Source: Bacteroidales bacterium (GTDB lineage Bacteria; Bacteroidota; Bacteroidia; Bacteroidales; VadinHA17). From it: a stretch of DNA of 61,424 bases. The stretch lies in assembly GCA_003141525.1 (NCBI GenBank), contig PLML01000190.1, positions 8,165 through 69,588 on the forward strand, written 5' to 3'. The notes below the pieces were generated by a model that was not told the DNA's origin, made no database searches, and saw only the letters and a list, made by a program, of their open reading frames with translations. How positions within the stretch are numbered: position 1 is the stretch's first letter; every line of letters begins with the position of its first letter. A program made the translations under genes and the position numbers. Shown here one piece after another: positions 28,292 through 37,188 of this stretch.

Positions 28292-29713
28292 CTACCTCAC
28301 ATCGTACCTGTTAAACATTATCACTGTGGTCCCAAACAACAAAAAAGAATAAAACACCAGAAGCAGAATTTCCGGCAGGGCTTTGGTTAATCGTTGCGGT
28401 ATGGTCATCATCCTTTCTGTATATATAGGTATTTCTTCAAATTTTAGTGGCATGCGAGTGGTGGAACAATCCTCATATGGATTATACCAATGTGGGCTTT
28501 TCGGATCATTTGTATCGATTGCTTTGAACCAGGTTAAAAATCCAGATTGAAAAGTATGAAAGTCATTCCAGTTTTTCTGGAACCTCAGATATCCATTACC
28601 TGTAATTGCCTCACTTATTAGTCCGAACAAAGAGATAGGAGAAATGCAGGTAAATATGGTTACGTGGTTATATTGACCGAACTGCATGTTGTACCATTCA
28701 TCATTAATTTGTTTTTCAGCGTTCATCAGGTTTGTTTGATTTTTTGCCCTGAGTTCATGCTTCGGATAAAAAGGATCACCTCCGTTCATGCTCCAACTAC
28801 CTTCCGGGGCAGCTTTATTGATAGCATCCTGAACCGTTTTTATCTCTGCACTTATTGTTTCTGAATTTTTTATCTTGAATAAATTTTCAGCGGAGAAGAC
28901 TGCAAGATTTGGTGAAAAAATAAGGAATAACAACCACAGGCTAAGGCATAACAACAGACTGATATTAGCCGATCTGGATATTACCGAACAAAATAATCCA
29001 AGAGCTGCAATACAAGCTATGAATAAAATCTGAACGGTAACAAAGATACAAACCTCTAGTAAGAGTGCAGAATCGAACCTGATAGTCCCTGAAATAAGGA
29101 GAATGATTAGTGCAGCTATTATACCAGGCAAAAGCATTAAAAAGCTGCTGATAATGATACTCAGGTACTTTCCCAACAATAATAACGATCGAGGGACATT
29201 ATTGGAAAGGATTAAAGATAATGTCTGCGATTGTTTTTCCCCTGAAACAGAATCGAATGAAAGCAGCAAAATGGCAAAGCTTAATATAAGGGATACTATA
29301 AAGTACCAGTTCAATTCCTGCGAAAGGCTCAGATACGGATTCCCCGACCTGCGGCTGACGGAGTAACCAAATACATTAAAGGCATTGAATTGTATGGTGT
29401 TAGGAATGTACTTTGATTTTGAATCATCAATAAATCCGTTTTTCAGGGGTGGTAAAATGTAATTTTGGTTTTCAACGGCAATTGTCGTTACATTTCTGTT
29501 ACCTGTCCTTATTAAGCCCCGGTTGCGGCCATTTAACAGCTCTTCTCTTGCTTTTCCCGAAAATGTTTCATAGTCATTAATACTGGATTTGAATTGAAAA
29601 ATATAGGCAACGCTGCCAAGGATAAATAATATGAATATTATAACGAAAATAAGCTGTAAACGAAGGCTGAAGATATGTTGCCGGATTTCGTGCAGAATTA
29701 TTGTTTTTATCAT
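28292..29713 (-). CDS. Large ABC-2-type permease paralogue (P5; B-type)
   Basis: Same topology as P7, with roughly 50% identity to it in the C-terminal domain by eye. Ends RYDVR-stop. Confidence 0.8.
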   Translation of the reverse strand: MIKTIILHEIRQHIFSLRLQLIFVIIFILFILGSVAYIFQFKSSINDYETFSGKAREELLNGRNRGLIRTGNRNVTTIAVENQNYILPPLKNGFIDDSKSKYIPNTIQFNAFNVFGYSVSRRSGNPYLSLSQELNWYFIVSLILSFAILLLSFDSVSGEKQSQTLSLILSNNVPRSLLLLGKYLSIIISSFLMLLPGIIAALIILLISGTIRFDSALLLEVCIFVTVQILFIACIAALGLFCSVISRSANISLLLCLSLWLLFLIFSPNLAVFSAENLFKIKNSETISAEIKTVQDAINKAAPEGSWSMNGGDPFYPKHELRAKNQTNLMNAEKQINDEWYNMQFGQYNHVTIFTCISPISLFGLISEAITGNGYLRFQKNWNDFHTFQSGFLTWFKAIDTNDPKSPHWYNPYEDCSTTRMPLKFEEIPIYTERMMTIPQRLTKALPEILLLVFYSFLLFGTTVIMFNRYDVR

Positions 29714-29743
29714 GGTTTTAATCTTATATTTTTCCCATAGGTA

Positions 29744-31327
29744 CTAACGGACATCATATTGAATAAAAGAGAGAAATGAAAGCCAGAACAGAATAATGCC
29801 AATTCCCAACAGTACTCCAATATAAATTAATGAATTGCTGATATCTGTCAATACATTTAAATTCCGGTATTCGAACTGAGGTAAGCCAGACATATCAATA
29901 GGTTTCCATTCAAACACATTGCTGTTAGGGATAATTTTTGTGAGGTACTGCCAGTCTCCATGAAATTTAGTGTTGAATTCACTGAATGTTTTACAAAGTC
30001 CATTTGACTCGTAATTTATCAATTCGTCTGCAGTCATGAACGATCCGGGATCGAGCTGTGTAAAATAGGAAAATGACCCGAACAAGTGATTTTTCAAATA
30101 ATAATTGATCAGCAACTCCCTGTAATTCCGGGTTTGATTTAGAAAGTTGTTGTGACTTTCATAATTAGTGCTGCATAATGCCGATGCAGACTCTTTGAAA
30201 ATTTCTGATGGTGAAAGAAATGAAAGATATTTGGCCAGCTTTTGTTGTTTTTCCAGTTCATGGAGATATTGTTCTCTGAAAGGCCACTTTTTATCTGCAT
30301 ACTGAATTAGTAAAGGTCCGCAATATTCGTTTATTCTTCTTTCTCTTTCCATAAAGTTTTTAGTAGCCCCTCCAATCAGTTTGAATCCATCTTCTCCTCC
30401 CCAGTAATAAGAAGAGCCTGACCAATCGGGTTGCTGTTGCTTTACAGAGAACTCACCAGCTTTATCCTGAAACTCCTTTTCTATGGAATTAATATCATAT
30501 TCGAGATTCTCGGAAGAACCCACCCTGATGAAACTTTTAGCAGAATAGCTGGCGAGATTGGGGATAATGAAAAGAAAAATTACCCACACAATTAAACAAA
30601 TCACAATGCTTGTTGCTGAATGCCTGACTCTTGAGGATATAAAAAGACCTACGATCATGAAAAGAATCAGGAAGACTACACTGAAAAGTATCATTACGCC
30701 TATTCTTATCCATTCGGGACCACTAAATGCTATTGCTTTATGTAATATTATCACAAGCAGGCACAGCCCAAAACTAAAAATAAGCATAGGGATTAAGGTT
30801 AGGAAAGTTCCTAAAAGCTTCCCCATGAGAATAGCAGAACGACTTACCGGGTTTGCCAGCATCATTTTCAGGGTACCTGATTCACGCTCACCCGTACATA
30901 TATCATATGTAAAAAGGAAAGCCATAAGCGACATGATGATAACGAGTACCGATACAAAATCGAAAGTGAAAAAACGATTAAGGAAAGGATTATCTCTGCT
31001 TTCTGCTTTTCCCTCGCTTAGCATAGGTTTATCCCCAAAAAACACTTTAACCCTGTCTCCTACGTTGTAGCTAATACCTCTGGCAAAAATACTTAAGGGA
31101 GTAGGCTTTTTAACAATAACAGGTCGGTATGTAGAATAAGCCTTAGCCTTGTTCTCTTCATCGGCTTTCGCTTTTTCTATTTCATAAACATTCATCTTGC
31201 TTTTGTACTCATTGATGCTGATGACAATAGAAAAAGGTATAAGCAAAAGGCACAGCACAAAACCCGTGATAAACCGTGGCGTAACGATGTTATTTAACCA
31301 TTCTTTTGATGCTATCCGGAGAATCAT
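29744..31327 (-). CDS. Large ABC-2-type permease paralogue (P4; A-type)
   Basis: 527 aa. Motifs ..RDNPFLNRFF.., GERESGTLKMMLANPVSR and the TM cluster are paralogous to P6. Ends QYDVR-stop. It starts 10 nt after the ATPase stop. Confidence 0.8.
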   Translation of the reverse strand: MILRIASKEWLNNIVTPRFITGFVLCLLLIPFSIVISINEYKSKMNVYEIEKAKADEENKAKAYSTYRPVIVKKPTPLSIFARGISYNVGDRVKVFFGDKPMLSEGKAESRDNPFLNRFFTFDFVSVLVIIMSLMAFLFTYDICTGERESGTLKMMLANPVSRSAILMGKLLGTFLTLIPMLIFSFGLCLLVIILHKAIAFSGPEWIRIGVMILFSVVFLILFMIVGLFISSRVRHSATSIVICLIVWVIFLFIIPNLASYSAKSFIRVGSSENLEYDINSIEKEFQDKAGEFSVKQQQPDWSGSSYYWGGEDGFKLIGGATKNFMERERRINEYCGPLLIQYADKKWPFREQYLHELEKQQKLAKYLSFLSPSEIFKESASALCSTNYESHNNFLNQTRNYRELLINYYLKNHLFGSFSYFTQLDPGSFMTADELINYESNGLCKTFSEFNTKFHGDWQYLTKIIPNSNVFEWKPIDMSGLPQFEYRNLNVLTDISNSLIYIGVLLGIGIILFWLSFLSFIQYDVR

Positions 31328-31337
31328 AGCTTAATTT

Positions 31338-32063
31338 TTATGATTTCTCAATTACCATTTCCTGCATATAATTCATGTAAATCTTTTCCAGGTCGTCTTC
31401 CAGAAACTCTTCACGTGTGCGAACCATCACAAGACGGCCTTCCTTCATTATCCCTACACGATCAGCAATGTTTTTGGCGCGGAATATGTCATGGGTGCAC
31501 ATAAAAATAGATTTGCCCTGCCGTTTCAGGTTCACCAGTATCTGCAGCAGTTCAGCTGCCGCTTTGGGATCAAGACCCGCTGTCGGCTCATCTAGAAGTA
31601 TATTTGGCGCATCCTTTATTATGGCTATTGTCAGTCCGACTTTTTGCCGCATCCCTTTCGAAAAGGTTTTAAGCTTTTTCTCGAAAGCTTCCTCCTGTAA
31701 TCCAACTTCCCGCATTCGCATATAATAGTCTTCCGTGGTGAGATTGGGTTTTCCTCCCAGCTTGGCAAAAAAGTCGAGATTCTGCCGGGCGGTAAAATTC
31801 CCATAGAGCATTACATTCTCACTCACGTAGGAAACATATTTCTTCGATTCCAGAGGCTCCCTGGTCACATCGATACCGTTTATCAGAGCCTTGCCTCCTG
31901 TCGGCTCAATAAAGTTCAGAAAAAGGTTAATAGTGGTAGTTTTCCCGGCGCCGTTGGCTCCAAGGAGGAAAAATATTTCACCTTCCTTAATTTCGAGGTT
32001 TAAAGCGTCCAGCGCTAATTGCTGGTCCTCGTACCGTTTTGTTAAATCGATTGCTTGAAGCAT
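31338..32063 (-). CDS. ABC transporter ATP-binding protein (copy 2)
   Basis: Walker A GANGAGKTT, signature-like FSKGMRQK, Walker B ILLDEP and H-loop CTHD. 241 aa, differing at 8 residues from 34877-35602. Confidence 0.95.
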   Translation of the reverse strand: MLQAIDLTKRYEDQQLALDALNLEIKEGEIFFLLGANGAGKTTTINLFLNFIEPTGGKALINGIDVTREPLESKKYVSYVSENVMLYGNFTARQNLDFFAKLGGKPNLTTEDYYMRMREVGLQEEAFEKKLKTFSKGMRQKVGLTIAIIKDAPNILLDEPTAGLDPKAAAELLQILVNLKRQGKSIFMCTHDIFRAKNIADRVGIMKEGRLVMVRTREEFLEDDLEKIYMNYMQEMVIEKS

Positions 32064-32139
32064 ATTATTAAATGTATAATGTTATCATAAGACCTTCAGT
32101 GTTTTAAAAACATTGTAGACCATAAAATTAGGTTAAGAA

Positions 32140-33561
32140 TCACACTTTCATTCTATTAAATTGTCTTATTAAAGTCAAATACAATAGCGCATTAAATACC
32201 AACAATACAATACAATAGGATAGTGTAGCAGAAAATCTGCCGGAAACATTTTCTTCTCTAAAACTGAATTCAGGTCTGTCTTTTATATCAATGTATTTAT
32301 TGACATCATACATTACATCTGTTTTCTTTATTTTCGCAACTCTTGCTTCTACGAATTGCCACAAGGATACTTCGAAATTTTTCTTAATGTCTTTAAAATA
32401 TGCTTCAGCATGAATACCACTCCCTGCCATATCAGAAACTGCGTAAGAGAAATCTGCAACGGGTGAAATACATGAAATTTCTTTTGTTAAGGCAATTTGT
32501 CTGTCAACTTTACTAAAAAAATCTACACTTATATTTTCACTTTTAGCACTCTGAATGGCATTCGCCTTATCCCATGCATTGGCTATCTCCTTTTGAAAAG
32601 CAACATACTCGTTTTTTAAACCTATGTTGTTTTCAAGTTTTGCCAAAAGTAGTTTTTCATCTTTAGCAGACTTTATAATATTCAAAAGGTCAGGATATTT
32701 TTCATATACTTCCTTGCATAGATTCCTTCCTAAATCATCACGTTCAATGCCTTTAATAATCTTCACTTCTTTTTCAAATTTATTTATTGAAGGAACTCTA
32801 TATAACTGTGATGCCACCCATGGGCTAAGATTAGGAATGGTCAGCGTAAAAACTGCCCAGATAAACAAGCTTAGCAAAACCGATGAAGAGGATGACCCTG
32901 TAAATGCTGAGCAAATCATGCCCACTAAGTAAAATATTGAGATGTAAAATACTGATAGTAGAAAAATAAGACCCAATGCCATCAGATCATTACTATCTAA
33001 TGATATACTATTATCCATCAAAATATAAATAACTCCTATTGCCAATGATATAATGAGCGAGATAATAATACTGAGCATACCTCCAAGAAACTTTGTAATA
33101 GTAAGTTTGACTCTCGAAACCTGATTTGAAAGGATAAGTCGCAATGTGCCGTTTTCGCTTTCTCCCGAAAAAGAATTATGAGAAAACAAAATTGCAATAA
33201 GGCTGTAAATAACAGTAATTATAAGAACAAAATCTATAGGTGGAAACAATACATTAAAGGAATTATTGGTAAAAGTATTCACTTCCATATCGCTGGAGAT
33301 GCCTGCAGCAAATAGCCTTAGTTTGGCAGGGGGACGTTGAATATCAAGCATGTCACCTATTCTGTTTTCATGAGCATATTTATCAATAAATTCCTTTTGT
33401 GTCAGCAGCCGTAGATTGTAATCGTTTCTTTCGGTTTTGTAATCATTCAACAGAACCGATTCCGTTATAAGCAGAGTAAACATGCACAATATGGTGAACC
33501 AGAGAAACCGTTTATCGAAAATTTTATCGGCAAGTTCCTTTATCAATAATTCTTTAAACAT
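32140..33561 (-). CDS. Large ABC-2-type permease paralogue (P3)
   Basis: Same overall topology, with GESENGTLRLILSN after TM2. Its divergent C-terminus ends NRMKV-stop and lacks the YDVR motif. Confidence 0.75.
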   Translation of the reverse strand: MFKELLIKELADKIFDKRFLWFTILCMFTLLITESVLLNDYKTERNDYNLRLLTQKEFIDKYAHENRIGDMLDIQRPPAKLRLFAAGISSDMEVNTFTNNSFNVLFPPIDFVLIITVIYSLIAILFSHNSFSGESENGTLRLILSNQVSRVKLTITKFLGGMLSIIISLIISLAIGVIYILMDNSISLDSNDLMALGLIFLLSVFYISIFYLVGMICSAFTGSSSSSVLLSLFIWAVFTLTIPNLSPWVASQLYRVPSINKFEKEVKIIKGIERDDLGRNLCKEVYEKYPDLLNIIKSAKDEKLLLAKLENNIGLKNEYVAFQKEIANAWDKANAIQSAKSENISVDFFSKVDRQIALTKEISCISPVADFSYAVSDMAGSGIHAEAYFKDIKKNFEVSLWQFVEARVAKIKKTDVMYDVNKYIDIKDRPEFSFREENVSGRFSATLSYCIVLLVFNALLYLTLIRQFNRMKV

Positions 33562-33576
33562 AATAATTGTCTTAAG

Positions 33577-34827
33577 CTAACGTACGTCGAACTTTAGAAA
33601 TGCATAATATCCTAATATTACAGGGATAAGGATATACATGATAAGTATTGAAAAATGCAACATCATTGCCAGGTTAAAAAAGTCGGACAATGGACTACGG
33701 GCATAACTAAACGGGGTAAAATCACCGACTAGGTTTCCATCTGAGTCGCTGTCAAAGTTTTTCACCTGTTCTTTAAACATAATTACGAATGTCTTGAACC
33801 GCTGTTCTTCTCTGAACCCGGTATTGCATAAATCAGTGCACAAAAAAGTTAAGTCTGATGCAGGCGATATGCTGGTAATTTTTCTGGCAATTGATTCAAC
33901 GGCATTCAGTTTGTTCAGGTAATCTTCCCGGATTTTATCATTCTGTTGATTTATGATACCTTGAGGTATTTTGGATTTTTCATAATGGCTGTTAATGTAT
34001 TCAAAAATGGCTTTAATAAAAATTTGCGATCTTTTGATTTCAATGGTTTGTACAGATGGAATGTTGATAAATTGCTTTGCCACAAGGTTTCCCGACCGGG
34101 GAATTATAAACACTAACGAAACCCATACAATAAGTGAAAAGAACATAGAAAAAGCAGAGCTGCGTGAAACGATGGATATAAAAAGTCCTAAAGAAAAGAA
34201 ACCAGCCAGATAAACTAGAACAAAAAACAGAAATATTAAAAGTCTTATAAAATCTGAAAATTGGAAAGGAATTTTCGCCAGTATTATAAAAAATATCAAT
34301 CCGAACAAAACAGAAAGTACAATTGGAATGATTAAGGTAATATAACCCCCTATCCACTTACCAAGGGAAAATGCAGGTCGTTTGATGCCGTTTGAAAAAA
34401 TCAGCTTTAACGTACCTTGTTCCTTTTCACGGGTTATAAGGTCCGATGCAAACAAGATAGCACAAAAAGAAAGGATTATGTTAATGATGTACAGAAGATC
34501 AGGGGTATTAAAAAAATTATAGATTTTATTTATGGCTTGCTTTTGGCTGCCCGTTTCGATCTGACCCCCAAAAGTTATCTGGTAAAGGTTACAAATATTG
34601 TCATCGAGCCCATGGGCGAAAATTGAGAACGGTGTTGGATAAGTTATGGCAAAGGCCTCATTTTTAGAAGGCTTAAGAATATCATAATTCTGAAGTCTTG
34701 CTTTGTAGTCCTTCGTCATTATAAAAATGGCGGTATTAAGCGAAAAAAACATTAATAAAAACATAATGAGGAACTTGAAAGAAAATATGTTCTCAAGTAA
34801 TTCCTTTTTTATAAATAATTTAATCAT
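33577..34827 (-). CDS. Large ABC-2-type permease paralogue (P2)
   Basis: 416 aa, REKEQGTLKLIFSN, a TM cluster, and it ends KFDVR-stop. Confidence 0.75.
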   Translation of the reverse strand: MIKLFIKKELLENIFSFKFLIMFLLMFFSLNTAIFIMTKDYKARLQNYDILKPSKNEAFAITYPTPFSIFAHGLDDNICNLYQITFGGQIETGSQKQAINKIYNFFNTPDLLYIINIILSFCAILFASDLITREKEQGTLKLIFSNGIKRPAFSLGKWIGGYITLIIPIVLSVLFGLIFFIILAKIPFQFSDFIRLLIFLFFVLVYLAGFFSLGLFISIVSRSSAFSMFFSLIVWVSLVFIIPRSGNLVAKQFINIPSVQTIEIKRSQIFIKAIFEYINSHYEKSKIPQGIINQQNDKIREDYLNKLNAVESIARKITSISPASDLTFLCTDLCNTGFREEQRFKTFVIMFKEQVKNFDSDSDGNLVGDFTPFSYARSPLSDFFNLAMMLHFSILIMYILIPVILGYYAFLKFDVR

Positions 34828-34876
34828 GTTTAGTTACTTTAATAACATTTCAATAATATTCTTAATCATATTGTTT

Positions 34877-35602
34877 CTATACTTTTTCAATTACCATTTC
34901 CTGCATGTAATTCATATAAATTTTTTCAAGATCGTCTTCCATGAATTCTTCGCGGGTACGCACCATCACCAGGCGGCCCTCTTTCATGATGCCTACGCGG
35001 TCGGCAATGTTCTTGGCACGGAAAATATCGTGCGTACACATGAGTATTGATTTACCCTGTCTCTTCAGGTTTACGAGTATCTGAAGCAGTTCAGCAGCAG
35101 CCTTGGGATCAAGACCCGCTGTCGGCTCATCAAGAAGAATATTTGGAGCATCCTTTATTATGGCTATTGTCAGTCCGACTTTTTGCCGCATCCCTTTCGA
35201 AAAGGTTTTAAGCTTTTTCTCGAAAGCTTCTTCCTGCAAACCTACTTCGCGCATGCGCATGTAATAATCATCCCTGGTGAGATTTGTTTTTCCTCCCAGT
35301 TTTGCAAAAAAATCGAGGTTCTGCCGAGCAGTGAAATTTCCGTAAAGCATTACATTTTCACTCACGTAGGAAACATATTTCTTCGATTCCAGGGGCTCTT
35401 TGGTCACGTCGATTCCATTGATCAACGCTCTACCGCCGGTTGGCTCGATAAAATTGAGAAACAGGTTGATAGTGGTAGTTTTCCCGGCGCCATTGGCTCC
35501 AAGGAGGAAAAATATTTCACCTTCCTTAATTTCGAGGTTTAAAGCGTCCAGTGCCAATTGCTGGTCCTCGTACCGTTTTGTTAAATCGATTGCTTGTAGC
35601 AT
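34877..35602 (-). CDS. ABC transporter ATP-binding protein (copy 1)
   Basis: Same motifs as copy 2, with 233/241 identical residues by hand alignment. Confidence 0.95.
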   Translation of the reverse strand: MLQAIDLTKRYEDQQLALDALNLEIKEGEIFFLLGANGAGKTTTINLFLNFIEPTGGRALINGIDVTKEPLESKKYVSYVSENVMLYGNFTARQNLDFFAKLGGKTNLTRDDYYMRMREVGLQEEAFEKKLKTFSKGMRQKVGLTIAIIKDAPNILLDEPTAGLDPKAAAELLQILVNLKRQGKSILMCTHDIFRAKNIADRVGIMKEGRLVMVRTREEFMEDDLEKIYMNYMQEMVIEKV

Positions 35603-35664
35603 AATTATTTGGTTTAAAGTTCAATGTTCAAAGTTGTTTCTGTTTGCCGAAAATTACCCTTCAC

Positions 35665-37143
35665 TCACCTCACATCATATTTAATAAACTGAAATACACT
35701 AACTGCAAAAAAGAATATGGAATAAAAGCAAATAAAAAGAAGGTCGATCCAATTGGCACCTAATGATGATATCATAGTGGGATAATTGTACGTGTTCAAT
35801 GTAGGTACATGAATGCTATTCCAATCCACCTTGCCAAATATACCTTTAGAAACATTGAATCCTATGTGATATTCTTTATAATACTTACGGAGCTTACTAT
35901 AAAACTCTGATTCAGTAAAACTGGAAAACTGTCTGGCATTGTATTCGATATTCGATAACTCTATTAAGCCCGTATTGGTCAAATCACTTATTAAATAGGT
36001 ATAGCAACCAATTGGACTTATTCTTGAAATGTTTTTCGATATATTTTGCTGAACAAGCTGTTGATTATGATAGTCCTTTTCAATTATACCAATGGCATTA
36101 ATTTCCATTTCATCATATTTCCTTTTTACATCTACTATCATTCCGTCATACTCTACAAGTGCGGCTTTTACATTTGGATCATCCCCCATATTGAAAAAAT
36201 CTAATTTTTCTGCATTCATTCCCCTTTCACTCATAATGCTTTTCATAAGTTCTCCACTGGTTCTATCAGATTCTGCCCTTATTTCATCACGTTTCATTGC
36301 TTTTTGCTTGTTTACCACCTCTTCTGTTTTAATCGGATAAATTATCTGGGCGATCATGGGACTGACTTTGGGAATTATTATGGCTATCAGCACCCATACC
36401 AATAGTGACGCAGTAATAGAAGCACCGGAGTTTCTGGTTTTAATTGACAGTAAAATTCCTATATTGAAAAGGATAAAAAGAAAAAGCAGACTGATCATCA
36501 TAATTACAAGAAACGGGATCAAATAGCTTACCGATAAAATTGGTACTGAGGTTGTTAATGCAAGTAAAACCAATCCGGAAATGACACCAACCAAAAATGA
36601 AATCAGAAATACCGTATAGCTGCCGGCAATTTTTGCAAAAATAATTTTCCACCGTGGCACAGCATTTGCCACTATAAGCCTGAGCGTGCCGTTTTCCTTT
36701 TCGCCGGAAATGCTGTTAAAAGTAACCATAAAGGCCAACAACGAAAGAATGATTGTGATAATAAAGTAAAAGTCGATTTTACCAAAAAGCAAGGCTACCG
36801 GGTTGTTTATTCCATAGTCATTTTCTTCATGCCATACACCGCGGGAATCGGTGGTGATTTTATTCGGAAGGTAAACAGATAGTCCACTTGAAAAAATGCT
36901 GAGAGGAGAAGGCGGAATGTATCCTTCGGCAACAAATTCCATTCCCTTATTGTCTTTGTTGCGTTCCTCATACATCTGTTTTGCATCCTTATAGGCAGCT
37001 CTGTTTTGCTCATACTCCTTTGAAGATACATATAGGCCAAGAGGAATGAGCAATATACAAATTAACAGGACAAATAACGAACGTGTGTTTGTGATAATTT
37101 CCTGTATCTCTTTGATTATTAAGTGTCTGAGCATAGGTTTCAT
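35665..37143 (-). CDS. Large ABC-2-type permease paralogue (P1)
   Basis: 492 aa, GEKENGTLRLIVANAVPR, a TM cluster, a ~190-aa soluble insert and a final TM. Ends KYDVR-stop. Confidence 0.75.
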   Translation of the reverse strand: MKPMLRHLIIKEIQEIITNTRSLFVLLICILLIPLGLYVSSKEYEQNRAAYKDAKQMYEERNKDNKGMEFVAEGYIPPSPLSIFSSGLSVYLPNKITTDSRGVWHEENDYGINNPVALLFGKIDFYFIITIILSLLAFMVTFNSISGEKENGTLRLIVANAVPRWKIIFAKIAGSYTVFLISFLVGVISGLVLLALTTSVPILSVSYLIPFLVIMMISLLFLFILFNIGILLSIKTRNSGASITASLLVWVLIAIIIPKVSPMIAQIIYPIKTEEVVNKQKAMKRDEIRAESDRTSGELMKSIMSERGMNAEKLDFFNMGDDPNVKAALVEYDGMIVDVKRKYDEMEINAIGIIEKDYHNQQLVQQNISKNISRISPIGCYTYLISDLTNTGLIELSNIEYNARQFSSFTESEFYSKLRKYYKEYHIGFNVSKGIFGKVDWNSIHVPTLNTYNYPTMISSLGANWIDLLFICFYSIFFFAVSVFQFIKYDVR

Positions 37144-37188
37144 TTTTAATTTTTAATTTTTCACTCCTCACTCCTCACTCTTCTATAT

